50,629 nucleotides of DNA, from contig NKIB01013845.1 in the NCBI GenBank assembly GCA_002256025.1, positions 1 to 50,629 of the forward strand, written 5' to 3'. The translations under genes were made by a program, and so were the position numbers. The DNA comes from Asterionella formosa (lineage: Eukaryota). Below the pieces are notes generated by a model. That model was not told the origin of the DNA. It searched no databases and saw nothing but the letters and a program-made list of their open reading frames with translations. Shown in pieces: positions 1 to 12,290 of this stretch; position 1 is the first letter of the stretch; each line of letters starts with the position of its first letter.

Positions 1-544
1 ATATCATCATCGTCATCCTCATTTTGGTGTTGAGGACCCCCACCACCATTGTTATTATTATGATGATGTGACGATGCTCGATAGTAGGTATTGCTGCATC
101 GGACAATACTTTTCCCAACACTACCAATCCAATCATCTTTTTCTTTCTCTGTATCCGCATACAAAAGGAACGTCGTTTCTGGTGTACTAACTTCAAAGGA
201 ATTGCGCTTTTTCGATTTCAAATCTGCTGATTTGACAGTTGTACATTGTGACAAATCAATCATGCCATGGGGAGCAGAATAGTCATTTTTACTGAAAAAC
301 AATTTGCTCCCTTTGAGGATAAAATACCGACGCCTCCAGTCCTATCATAGCATTCGGTAATTAATAGTGAGCAGTGTGACAGTATAGTATAGTATAGCAC
401 GCTGGAGAAGAACAAGAGTCCAATAGAACGTACCTTGAGCCACATGCTTTGCTTCGTCAGCCATCCTTCGAAATCCGCATCGTTCGTATCATAAATGATA
501 TTCGTCGTTGGATCAATCCAATGTGGACGTACAAGTCGAGACAT
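1..544 (-). CDS. Small pleckstrin-homology (PH) domain protein, 3' end outside window; exons 544-434 and 341-<1, intron 433-342
   Basis: Splicing GTACGT...ATAG (92 bp) gives MSRLVRPHW...FEGWLTKQSMWLK|DWRRRYFILKGSKLFF...PHGMIDLSQC...FEV...LYADTEKEKDDWIGSV, a typical PH signature; frame is open to the window edge (NNNNGGGG...EDDDDD). Confidence 0.9.
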
Positions 545-914
545 GATTTGCCAACAGCAAGAAGCGGCCGGGAAAGAGAATACAACAGCCAAGGAAGATC
601 GAGAAAGAACGGATACAAAGCAGAAATGATTGAAAAAGGCCGTCGCTGTAAGATTCCGAGGCTACAGCAACGTGCTTGTTACTGATGTTCGTAGAAGTTA
701 GTCCTGTTTCCGTCGTGCTTGGTGACGACCCTGATACCAGCTGATGGAGGAAAGCAACTACCCTGTACGGGTACCTGGTACTCCCTGATGAGCGATTCTT
801 CGGCCTATGAGTAATTATATTCATACCTAGTTATCACATATGATTGCGGGTCCTCTACCTAGGCGAGCAGGGCAGGTCTTTAGATGCTGTTGCGCCCTGT
901 CGTTCTTTGCTTCA

Positions 915-1175
915 TTTTTTTTGCTGTTCCAAGGCGCCAGGAGAAAACCTATCCGGCCGCTTTGCCCGCCTACCCCATCGATGTGGGGTGCTTGTTGGGG
1001 GGGGGGGGGGGGGGGGGCGAGGGGGGGAGAATTCGAACTCTTCACACCAGTTCATGTACTCAGGAATGGTTTTTAAGCACCCCGTCATCCATCAATGACC
1101 TGGTGTCCAGTGAGGCACCCCGCCCCTTCACCTGGGTAAGGTAGTGTGAGACTTTCACTCACTAAAAACCTGTGT
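915..1175 (-). mobile_element. Possible 3' tail of a non-LTR retroelement (LINE/SINE)
   Basis: Minus strand reads GGTTTTTAGTGAGTGAAAGTCTCACACTA (GTGAG/CTCAC stem-loop), then a C-run, a GC-rich stretch and a short A-tail near 915-922. It resembles my recollection of non-LTR 3' ends; not verified. Confidence 0.3.
997..1027. repeat. Poly-G tract
   Basis: About 21 G, then CGA, then 7 G. A (GT)n+(G)n tract also occurs at about 2933-2964. Confidence 0.95.
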
Positions 1176-3065
1176 GCAGCCCCAGTCTTCTTGACCAGTA
1201 CACGGTCTGCCCTACCTGTCCAGGTGTTGGCCTGTGGGTTCTTTGGTGCTTCATGTAATTTGCTCGTTCAATGATGGTCCCATACTGAACGATACATGCA
1301 AAAGTGGTACACATGATAGTACTCTGAATATTTCAGCAATTCCCGCTCTACTGTAGCTATATATTGTCTTGCCATTCGGGTACTTTAAAAGTAATTTGTA
1401 GGGTCTAAGTGATTTTTATTTGCTTAGGGGTAATATGGGGCACATCGAATTTTTCGGCATTAAAATTGCAGATTTTAGCATTACACCCAGAATTTTGGTA
1501 CTGGTGGTAGTACTCTAGATCATAGAAATGGTAAAACAAGCATCAAACACACGAGAATGATTGCAACATACAATATCAATGAAAATTGAACATGATGTTT
1601 GGAGCAAACAAAGAATGATATGCTATGTAATCATGGTAATAGTATCAAGTGAAAAAAAATGTTTTGGGTTAGAAATTGAGTAAAAAATATGAGTGTCCGT
1701 GAAGGCAGACATATGCATTGTAACGGAACTTACACAATAGGCAGCATTGACATTCCATCACACTATCAAAGGACGAAATACTACCATAGAAAAGAAATAG
1801 AAACCCTGAACCCAATTGAGATCTGTATTGTACTAGTATGCATAGTGAAGCTGATATGGTCATTGGAACCATGTAAACAGCTGTTGCCTGATAATCAGCA
1901 TAGTAGAAGACAGGTATTCTAGAATGAAAATAATTTTCCTTCTTTTTAAAAAGTTTTAAAACTCCTTAACCAAGCCAGTATACCCGACAAAAAATATGGT
2001 GACTACCAGTATAGCTAGGTGCTGAAAGAATGTGGAGAAACAATGGTCAGGTGCACTCCCTTGAATGGGGGTCAACTAAGAAACCTTCTGCAGTGTGATC
2101 TTGATGCTGACATAGATTTAATTCAGTCTTTCCCTTGTCTATTGACTGGAAAATAAAACACTAGATAACATTGTTTGAACTTTTGGGACAGATGGCATGA
2201 TTGGTGCTGATGAAATATGAATAAAAATATCTGAATATACTAGTATTGTTGGCCAGTTTTGCTAATGCTGCTGATTCCTCAAATGTTTCTCTCCCAGACG
2301 TGATTTCAGAATATCAATCAGGGATCAATTTAACAGATGGGTATTGCTCAAGCATATTTCATTTCTGTGCTCATAGAAATTTATTAAATATCATATTCTG
2401 ATTGCACAATCTTTGCATTCATGGCAGCACAATGTAGGACTTTGCATCATTCCTTTCATTCCATGTATTTGTGGCTAACAGAAAGATTTGGCATGATTGC
2501 TTTTGCGGTCCATTTATGAGCCATGAAAATTCTGCTTTCTTCTGACTCTACCAAAATTGCTGACCCCCATCAGTTGGAAACATTCCTTTTGGAGTGAGAA
2601 TTCTACTGAGTTTTCGTTGTTGTTGCTTGATGAGCCACTTTGATTTGACCTTTTGCCTGTACATTGTGATTGCGAAACTCATGCATTGTGTATTATGCAT
2701 CAAATGCTTGATACATGCGAAGAATATTGAAGCAATATTCTTGATGCATGATTTAATTTGTTGCAGTGAGATTCAAAGAATGTCATCTTTTTCTCTGATT
2801 TCATCCTATTTTGCTTGATTTACACATCCATATATGTTCTATTGTTTCATATTCCTTGCAATGGGGACACTTATTCATAAACTTACTTAATAATAAAAGG
2901 GTAACTGCTGCAATCATTTAAAAAGTAGGTTAGTGTGTGTGTGTGTGTGTGGGGGGGGGGGGGGTCACCATTAAAAATAATTTATTTATAATGTTTCTAC
3001 TATATTTCCATATTTTCCATCAACTAATTTGGCCAAAGTAGGATATATTACATACACCTTAAGGA

Positions 3066-4233
3066 TCATTCTTGTTTGACTGCCAACATTCGATCAACAA
3101 CTCTTTCCACCACATCAGAGGCTCGCATTGATTGTGTAAAACAATCAGCCAAATCTCCTGTATCATCATGAAAATAAATGACAATGGAATGGTCAACTAA
3201 GTAATCTCCATCATCTGTTTCATCTGCCTTGGAAACGTAAACACGATACTTTTTTGCCATTTGTTCTACTTGCTGAGGTGACCCAGTTAAGAAAATGTAG
3301 GATGGATGAAAATCTTTAGCATATTCTTTCAATGCTTTTAGAGAGTCTCTTGCAGGGTCAACAGAGACAAATATTGGAACAATATGAGGTCGCAACTTTG
3401 GGTATTTCACTTCCAAGATATCCATGACCTTGCCCACCTTGACCATCTCACTAGGACAAATATCAGGACATCGTGCAAATCCAAAATACAGCAATAGCCA
3501 TTTGCCTTTGAAATTTTCTTCAGTCACAAGATTTCCATTCAAATCACCCAATGACCAAGGTCCTCCAATGGCCGGTTTGCCAGCTGTGTTAAAAAACGAC
3601 AAGAAATGTGTGTGCGTGTGAGTTCAACAACGAAATGAAATATGTTAGTCAAATCACGTAAATTGATAATTCCTGTAATCTGTGCCTATGTTGACAGATT
3701 TAGATAATATAAACAAACAATTATGCATTCGTCAGCTCCAGAAAGATAGAAATTCGAACAAACACACACACACACACATAAGTGCTGCCGACAATACATA
3801 CATACATACCTCCACCCCAAACATCATTTACAATAGGAAACCATTCTCCTGCTTCATTTTGTTTCCATTTTCGTGGAGCCAAATCTTTCGGAGATGGACT
3901 CCATCCGTCTGACTCACTTGTAACAATTTTTCCCATGGCTTCTTCCAATCTTCGTTCACGTTCAATTTGATAGTACGATACAGCACTTGCCGCTGCTACT
4001 GCAACTAATCCCAAGGCTCCCCATGTGACAGGACCTCGATTGTTATGAAATCCAAACGATCCTGGATTTTCGTCAAATTGTTTCCCTGTCCCTGCGGATG
4101 TACGTTGAGTTGTTGTTGCTGCTACTGGTGATGATGGTGGAGGTGATGTACTGAAGAAACGAGCAGATGATCGACTACGAAGAAACAACAGTGACGATGA
4201 GCGACGACAACCGGTAGATCCAATCATTATCAT
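3066..4233 (-). CDS. SCO1: Mitochondrial cytochrome c oxidase copper chaperone SCO1/SenC; exon 2 is 3583-3066, intron donor at 3809 or alternatively 3917
   Basis: Arg/Ser-rich presequence, TM helix (GPVTWGALGLVAVAAASAVSYY), GKPAIGGPW, YFGFARCPDICP (CxxxC), SVDPARD, YLVDHS. Phase-1 GT donors and a CAG acceptor at 3586-3584. Confidence 0.95.
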
Positions 4234-4844
4234 TTGATAGTATCAAAATATTGAAAGCAGTTTGCGCTGTGTATTGGTGCGTAGTAGAATATGGAATGAG
4301 TCAGTAATTGCAGCTCAATGATGTTGGATTGAGAGCTGAGAAGGACAATGTCGAGATTCACTTGTTGCGGCCTGCAATATTTATGAATACCGGTACCAGG
4401 GTACTGTACTCCGAACAAATATCTTTTACGGGTCTATCGTTACACTATCATGGTGGTATGTTGAGTCATCCTCAGTAAAGTCGAGACAGTCCGAGCAATA
4501 TTGACTCGAGGTAGTCGATTTCACAAGCTTACCATTTACTTGGATTTTGGCAAAAAACCGACCGGTACTACCGATAGTCACCTGACTACCGTAGTAAAAT
4601 CTGCAGTACGGTTCGTGTGTTGACAAATTCAAGAAAAGTGTGAGTTGACCATGGCGTTTCGCTTGAAGAATCGACGAGAACGCATCAATTAGGCAGTTAT
4701 CCAATGTAATCAATCAATGATAACTACCAATACTCATTACAATTGAATTGAATGGAATTGTTTGTTTCAACCCAATATCCAACATGTATCTATAATTACA
4801 CTTTCAAACTAACGCCTCGTACTCTCCACCTCTACAAGTGTATC
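4234..4844. promoter_or_regulatory. Probable bidirectional promoter between SCO1 and RPS3
   Basis: About 610 bp between divergent start codons; inferred from gene arrangement only. Confidence 0.5.
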
Positions 4845-5657
4845 ATGTCTGCCGCTCGCCGTTCCCGCCTCTCCACCAAGCGCAAGTTTGTCGCCGACGG
4901 TGTGTTTTACGCCGAACTCAATGAGCTCTTGACTCGCGAGTTGGCCGAAGACGGGTACGCCGGAGTCGAAGTCCGCACCACGCCTCACCGCACAGAAGTG
5001 ATTATCCGCGCCACCAAGACACAAAATGTATTGGGAGAGAAGGGACAGCGCATCCGGGAATTGACCTCCGTCGTTCAGAAGCGTTTTGACTTTGCCGATG
5101 GTGCTGTGGAACTGTACGCCGAACGAGTGCAGAACCGTGGCCTCTGTGCTCAAGCGCAGGCGGAATCTCTCAAATTCAAACTTTTGGGAGGACTTGCAGT
5201 TCGTCGTGCTTGTTATGGTGTTGTGAGATTCGTGATGGAAGCGTCGGCTAAGGGATGTGAAGTCATTGTTACCGGAAAGCTTCGTGGACAACGTGCCAAG
5301 GCCATGAAGTTTGGGGATGGTTACATGATCAAGACTGGTCATGCTGGTCAAGTCTACACCGATACAGCCGTCCGTCACGTATTGATGAGACAAGGTGTGG
5401 TGGGAATCAAGGTCAAGATTTTCCTCCCTCATGACCCCAAGGGACTCATGGGACCCAAGATTCCTTTGGATGATGTCGTGGTTATTCTGGAACCAAAGGA
5501 AGAAATTAACCCTGCAGCCATGTTGGCTCGTCAACAAGCGGCTGCTGCAGCTGCACTTGCTGCCGCCCAAGCGTCTCTGTTGGCTCCTCCTTCCATTGAG
5601 GGTATCCCTGCAGAACCTGATATTGAGGTTGACCCCAATGTCGCTGCTGGATTCTAA
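4845..5657 (+). CDS. RPS3: 40S ribosomal protein S3 (uS3), intronless
   Basis: [60 protein letters not shown] at 4845 is preferred over the ORF-track start at 4752. Confidence 0.98.
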   Translation: MSAARRSRLSTKRKFVADGVFYAELNELLTRELAEDGYAGVEVRTTPHRTEVIIRATKTQNVLGEKGQRIRELTSVVQKRFDFADGAVELYAERVQNRGLCAQAQAESLKFKLLGGLAVRRACYGVVRFVMEASAKGCEVIVTGKLRGQRAKAMKFGDGYMIKTGHAGQVYTDTAVRHVLMRQGVVGIKVKIFLPHDPKGLMGPKIPLDDVVVILEPKEEINPAAMLARQQAAAAAALAAAQASLLAPPSIEGIPAEPDIEVDPNVAAGF

Positions 5658-6110
5658 TTATATTATTGCAGTACTACTATAGGAAATACTTGGTTTTTGG
5701 AGATTAGCCATTGGGTACGGCTCGGGACATTGTAGAACTATATGGCGGTTTGTAGATTACATGATGGTGATGCAATGTCCCACACAGACATACCCGTAGT
5801 TGATACAAATTGTTCTCAAATACCAAATCCCTTATCAGGGTCAGCTAGACATGGACGCATGATCAAACCTTCCTCCTGGTATATTGTTTTGTGATGATGT
5901 TGAATTATGGTTATGTGCTACAAGGTACTACTACTAGTACAGACAAAATGGTGACAGGTGATAATGTACATTTTTACTGAATTCTTGCCACCTTGACCCT
6001 ATGCAATCTTAATGGTTGTCATTTACCAAGAAGAAAGAGCGAACTTTTAGCTCGTTCATGCACAATAGAGCAAAAATGTGTAGTTTATGAATGCGTGATG
6101 AACGCTCCTA

Positions 6111-7868
6111 TTAGGAGCTTGCCCACAATGCAGGAACATCGAGGAGTAATCCATAAAGAATATTCACATCGTCTATTCTGACCTGAATCAAATCCACAAA
6201 TTCTGCCTTTGTTGTTCCTGGGCTTCGGATGAGACTTCGTCCAGTACGATTCAGGGCACAGTAGTGGTCAATACGTTCTTCCCGATTCCCACTCACACAA
6301 TGTTGCAACGTTGTATTCCGTGTCGCCAAAACCTCTAATACAGCATCACAAAATTTGACATTGACTGGTGGACCATACATATAAAACCGTTCCAGGGTGG
6401 TATTGGTGGAAAATACATTAATCAGAGGCCATGGAGTGGCAGTCTGTTGGGTGTGAAGTGTCACGGTGGAGAGGGTATGATTGACAGTCAATGCTGAAGC
6501 GAGACCACCTAGGTCGTCGTTAGAGTCACACTGAATGCCAACCTTGAGCTCGTGAATATTTGAATTATGGGCAAGTCCTTCAAAGGCGGAACTATGAAAT
6601 GAAATACCAAACTTGAGATCTTCCACTGGCGTATTTTTAGCAAAGAAGGTTGAAAGAACCTTATTGGCGGAATCTGGCATACGCAATTGTGTGGTGTATT
6701 GGTTTGGAACATACCAGAATCTCTTGAGACTTGTTGTTTTCACTAGTGCTTCAATCATGGCCATATGAGTTGCAGCTGTGACCACAAAATGGCTTGCTTG
6801 TATGGTGATTTCCAGTTCATGCACCATGGGGTGTGCGTCAGCTTCCTCCACAATAGCGGCAGCTACTTGAGACGATAAGTTGTACAATAAAAGTGCCATT
6901 TTATGCCCCACCACTGAGCCACGAATGAGCGCTCGTCGAATATCCAGAGACAATGACTCGTCTCCTAAAGCACACTGGAGTATACTCATATTTATGCCAT
7001 CAGCGTCCAAAGCTTCAATCCGAAGCGCGGCGCTGAATCCATTGACAAATAGTTCAACCAGATCAACGGTCGGCTTTCCATTGAGCAGCACGTACAAAGG
7101 AATTTGTCTCAGTTCGAATTCTCCGTCTTTGTTGTAGACTTCACGCGAAACTTCGTAGCTTTGGTCAAGTAGCTTGAGTGCCATTGGGCAGGCTTCTGCC
7201 ATGATTTTGAGAGACTCTTCATTGAGAAATAACTCAGCTTCGTCGGTCAGCTTGTATCGACTCATGAGGGCCAAGTGAAAGGTTGTTCCCATCTCACACC
7301 GTTGCAATACTACACCAGGATAGAACTTAACCAAAACTTGAGTTATTTCGGGAGTTGTAAAGTTTGAATATTGTAGTAAATGGATTGGAGCCATGCCGTA
7401 GTCCGCTCGTCGCTCTAATGCCGTGGGATACTGAAGTAAGATAAACTCAATAATATCTGCATCTGGAACTTCAGCAGTGTAGGCGTGCAAGGGTAACAAA
7501 TTGCACAACCCAGCTATCCCGATCGCGTCCGGGTACGCCACAAACACTGTCTTGACTTGATCCAAAGTCGGGTTGAATTTGCAAAGGTGATGCAGTGGAA
7601 GGTCGTTCAGCATTCCGCACTTGTACAAGAACTTTCGCTGAGCCAGTTGGGGATACATCTGGATGATGGAAACAAGGTGATCCAAGTCGTCTGTGTCGAG
7701 TTCTTCATAAATCAGCAGCGCTGCCACTTGATCCGCAGCGAGTTGCAGTCGTGCCCCTGGACTCAAGGAGTCAGTGTCGCTTCTACTGTCGCCTGGAGGG
7801 GTCAGCTTGCGACGCTTGACTCCAGCATCTGTTGCTGGTGCATTCGAACTTACAGCAGATTCGCTCAT
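6111..7868 (-). CDS. Protein with degenerate ankyrin-like N-terminal repeats and an RNI-like LRR C-terminus
   Basis: Intact 585-aa ORF; repeated LPLH/PIH..YP motifs, NxTL leucine-rich repeats, C-terminal YCALNRTGRSLI...ILYGLLLDVPALW cap. Confidence 0.65.
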   Translation of the reverse strand: MSESAVSSNAPATDAGVKRRKLTPPGDSRSDTDSLSPGARLQLAADQVAALLIYEELDTDDLDHLVSIIQMYPQLAQRKFLYKCGMLNDLPLHHLCKFNPTLDQVKTVFVAYPDAIGIAGLCNLLPLHAYTAEVPDADIIEFILLQYPTALERRADYGMAPIHLLQYSNFTTPEITQVLVKFYPGVVLQRCEMGTTFHLALMSRYKLTDEAELFLNEESLKIMAEACPMALKLLDQSYEVSREVYNKDGEFELRQIPLYVLLNGKPTVDLVELFVNGFSAALRIEALDADGINMSILQCALGDESLSLDIRRALIRGSVVGHKMALLLYNLSSQVAAAIVEEADAHPMVHELEITIQASHFVVTAATHMAMIEALVKTTSLKRFWYVPNQYTTQLRMPDSANKVLSTFFAKNTPVEDLKFGISFHSSAFEGLAHNSNIHELKVGIQCDSNDDLGGLASALTVNHTLSTVTLHTQQTATPWPLINVFSTNTTLERFYMYGPPVNVKFCDAVLEVLATRNTTLQHCVSGNREERIDHYCALNRTGRSLIRSPGTTKAEFVDLIQVRIDDVNILYGLLLDVPALWASS

Positions 7869-9799
7869 GGTTACTTTAGCGCCCTGATAGTGAGGCTAGT
7901 TGTTCAGCTAAGATGGTGCGAGAGAGTAGAATCAGCAATGATGACAACAACAATTAAAAAATTAAAAATAAAAATAATAGTAATATATCACAACTGAAGT
8001 ATAGAATGTGTGTGAATTCTATGGCTAATTAATTAATTAGGAGTAGAATACGGGTTTTTCATATGACGACTGTACGGCAATGATGGTTTTGGTGCCTTGC
8101 GGAGTATAGTACCAGGGTACCTACCGGGTACCAAGTACTACCATTGTACGACATCTGACCTGTGGTATTGTACCAGGTACCACGTACTCTGTAGGATGGA
8201 CGACATTTGAAATTCTGCTGTTTCTTTCGTCGCTGCGGTTGCTATCTCAAAGCGCTCCTACGATTTGTATACTTACTATTGTACATATATTTACATATGC
8301 TACAGGTACATACTGTTTACGGTATGCACCGTACTTTTCACATTTGTCTTCGCTGATGATGATAAAAGATGTGATATCAAGTTCAAGAGCGACGACGTTG
8401 GGATACATGACACAATGATAGATGGTACCTGGTACTACTCCCTGGTACTCTAGGAGTACGTTGCAAACGAAAGCAATGTTTTGTCACAACCAAACACCTA
8501 TGTATCTTCTCGTATTAAGGTACCTGGTACCGGTATGCTATCGGTATGCACATAGGCAAGAGCAATTGAAAAATTCTCCATCGCTAGTTTTTGATTTACT
8601 ATTGGTATATGTAAGTCTTCAGGTACCTTAATATGACCAAGCAATGCAACTAATTGCCACTTTTGATCGATCGTGGTCCCTGGAACCGTTATTCGACGAT
8701 TACCAGCCAGGTCACATTCTCGTTAAGCGATTTGAATAGAAGTAGCAAAGAAGTCATGTATGAGCCATTATGCAGGTACACATAATGGAGCATTGTCCTA
8801 AAATCATAAGACACTTTTTTTGCCAACCGGAATGCCGGTTGAGTGTATAAATGTAATTATGAAGTAGGTAGGTTGCTGGTATCTCATGTTACTCGATGAC
8901 AGTACAAGTACCAGGTAACTGGTACCCTGGTTTCTAATGCGCATCATATTGATGGTATTGATACGTATTTGTCATGATTTTAATTCATCATTTCTCATGC
9001 CTTTATTTCTAACACAAGCTGGACCAGAAGGACCGTTTGTTGCAGATCAATACATACTATAAGTTCAAGTTTCGAATGTCTGCGATTCACGATTATCCTC
9101 ATGTCTATGTCCATTGCATTTCAAATACCGGTAACTCGCCACACTCTCAATGAACAACATCTAATCATACTACTGGTAGTCCTTTGATGTGCTGACAGAT
9201 AAGTCGAATCATTTGATCGGATATTTTCGATCACAAACGAAAGATATCAGTCAGTTTCAGGTACCCAATTGGTGGATACGGTAGCAGATACCCTCTTGTT
9301 TGTTTGTTCTGGTCAACAAATCGAGCAGTGAGCGATTGATTCATTCTCTCCTATGTAAGGGTTAGATTTCGCCGTCTACTAGTGCTGATTCTTATTATGC
9401 AACGAGTACCGGTAGTAAAGGCCAGAGGGAAAAAACCAATGTTCTACCGTTATTTCAACAAGGACGCAACACATATACCCTGGAATGTACCAGTAGAAAA
9501 TATACTCAAAAGAAGTGCCACACTTGGACAAGCTTTAATACATATTCCTTCCACTCTGAAGGTGGTACCCCAATGCAGGAAGATAGGAATGTTCCTATGT
9601 ACTCCACGTACATGGCATGCAAAGGCCAGTGCCAGGGAGACAAACAAAATCATCATTTGTTTCATCATGGATACAGGATTTCTTGCGTTCGTGAACATGA
9701 AAGGGCGTAGTTGTAGGGTTACATAAGTGTTGTACTACTAATTTCTCATGACCATCATCACATACACATTCATACTCAGAGGTCATCAGAGGCTGATGC

Positions 9800-10950
9800 G
9801 GTATTCATAATCGCTGCCTTCTGGCGTTCTTCTTGAAAGTCGTCCAAGTGCATTGCCGTCAAGAAATCTTTGGCATTAAGGATCCTCTTGAAATATTCTT
9901 TGCAACTGTGGTTGGAAATTATGTTCGTCTGACAGGTGCAAGCCACCGGAGCCCAAAATCCTGCTACTAGGAGTCGCTGAAGCTGAACACGAAGATCATC
10001 GAAGAAGAGTCGAGTAGAGTGGTCATAATGGCTTAGGGATACAATGACTGGGTTCTTGTTTGTGTACAATCGACACATTACTCCAACGTGCCAAATGCAG
10101 CAGAAATAGACAATTTCCTATGTTTCATCACTGATTCATTATGGTTGATGAAAACAATTCTGAGAACAGAAAACTTCCTTTATGTTATCGACGGAATTGA
10201 ACAAGAATGCGTGTTTTTCCTCAATTTATCTTTCCTTGCAGATGAGTTTTTTGAAAAGGAAGAAAAAGACAATCCATTTTTACATGCGGCGAAATCTTTT
10301 TGTACTTCCGAGAAAATCTATAACCCTCCTATTCGTTTGTTGAAGCAAACATTCAAAACGACTGCAAAATATAAAGAACTTGCAAATACCATGGAAGGAA
10401 AAGCCATGCGAGTGTTTCTTTCAAGAATTATACTGACAGCTTAAAATATTCAAAGCTGGATCTGCCAAATGTAAAACCATTTTGGCACATGACAAAGTGC
10501 TTGTTACTACCAGGTTCTGATGATGTCTTCGGCAATAGCGACAGAGTTATACCGCACACTGCCACTATGTTGTTCACCAATTCTGGAAAGAATGGCTACC
10601 CAAAACCTCAGAAACCACACCAAGATTATACTCTGACAGAATGCAAAAGAGAAACACCTTTGCCTCGGGGAATGATAATGTCGTTCTTGTCTTTAGGAGG
10701 GAGCTGTTAAAATGCATGGGATAATTGTGCGGATGAGAAACATGCAATACATTTGTCCATGCCATTCAAATTCATCTTTCTCATGCGTGGAGACATAGTC
10801 CATGGAGGAGTTTTGGATAATAGTAAAAAGCATGGTGCTCTACGGATTCATTTCTAATTGTTGCCAGCTATAAAGCAAAGAAATGGACACACTGTCGCCA
10901 AACTGAAACGACAAGATAACAACATACACACTGAAGGATCAATATGAGGT
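9800..10950 (+). pseudogene. Decayed gene with C-terminal 2OG-Fe(II) dioxygenase-like (PhyH-type DSBH) domain
   Basis: Reading through TAA at 10708 and 10855 gives QKPHQDY...FLMRGDIVHGG...LRIHF* (HxD...H...R). An upstream frame (about 9800-10444) has two TAG stops and is joined by a frameshift. Confidence 0.6.
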
Positions 10951-11089
10951 CGTAACGAGAAATTTTCGTCATTCTTATTGCAACATGACGGAACAGGGTG
11001 GTCTAATTTATGATCTTATTTCACAATTTATGTAATTGAATTGTTTTATAATGTTGTATTCCAAATGTATTTATTTAGTGAACATTTTT

Positions 11090-12290
11090 AATGGTACGCA
11101 TACTGCGATAATTTTGGGGCAGTCGACTATGAAGCAAAAGTGTTAGGCCTAACGCATTTTTCATTCATAGACGAAGTCATTCAAATTGCCACTTGGATCT
11201 CGCCTTGCAACAGGCGAGATAATGTCACCTAGCTACTGAGTTTTAGAAGTCATACTTATTTTACCCAAGTTATTCACAGGCGAGAAGGGCTTGAGCCGGG
11301 AATATCATCTGACAACGGACTTGATGATGACATTAATCTTCCACTTTTAGTAATTCTCATCCACAATGTTTTCACGTTAACTGGTGCTCTGAGAAGACAG
11401 ACTGTCAATCTGATTTGTAATAGATTCCAGTTTTCCTTCTAACATATCAAGCTTGGTTTGGATGGTTGCAAACACTATATGTTCCAATGTGCATCTAGCC
11501 TGTTGTTGCAGAAGACCTTTCATCCGATCATGATTGCATGCAGCAGATTGACTCAGACCAAGCAATGCATTTCCCACAATTGAATTGATAATCAAATCTT
11601 CTGATAAAGCCAGTTTTGCTGCTTCTTCTACTGATTAGTCCTCAACTTTCAGCTGGCCTCTGCTTCCAATGGAGCAATCATATCAGAAGAACGACTGACA
11701 CTTCGTAACTCTGCAACCAATTTCCTAGCTGATGCACGGCCTGCTGATTCTTTCTTGCCATTCTCAAAGACACAATCCTTTGTTAGCAAGAGATTAGACT
11801 TGAACTCATCTCTAGCAAATGTTCCAAACAATTTGAATCCAATCCAGGCATGAAAATAATAATCCACAGGCATCCCAACATCATCATTTAATGCCACAGT
11901 AGCACCCATGATTTCCTCCTTGTCGTCATCCTCATCCTCATCCTCATCATTAGCTGGGTCGCTGTAGCTGGTTCGACCCTTCAGATATCGAAACGTTTGG
12001 TTTATTACATGGATGTCATAGTCTTCAACATTGTTCCCAGAAGGCAAAGTGCCATCAGGGAGTAAAAATTGCGACACAAATGCTAAGGCCTTCTTCCAAT
12101 TCAGCAGGGCATGCTGAGCCATCTTCAAAAGAGTTCGACCAGTAATTAAAATGGACATATTTATCATTCCAGGGCCTGCAAGAGACCTTGTAGTGAATTG
12201 GGAGCCAACAACATATCTGTTTTGATAATCATGGGAATAGCAATCTTTTGAGACCAAATCTATTTACGACACTACAGTACGTGTTCATTT
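11090..12290 (-). pseudogene. Decayed unknown ORF (acidic tract, coiled-coil C-terminus), probably transposon-associated
   Basis: ORF pieces 11649-12257 and 11377-11595 plus a stop-interrupted continuation; CpG-poor; convergent with the dioxygenase pseudogene. Confidence 0.45.

Noticed and set aside
827..1144. Overlapping Gly/Pro-rich ORFs
   Set aside because: Artefacts of the poly-G tract; no domain features.
1900..2880. Possible decayed minus-strand coding sequence
   Set aside because: CpG-poor and stop-interrupted, with no recognisable motif to support a call.
4809..5570. 253-aa antisense ORF
   Set aside because: Shadow of the codon-biased RPS3 gene; the same applies to 17970-18512 over RPL26.
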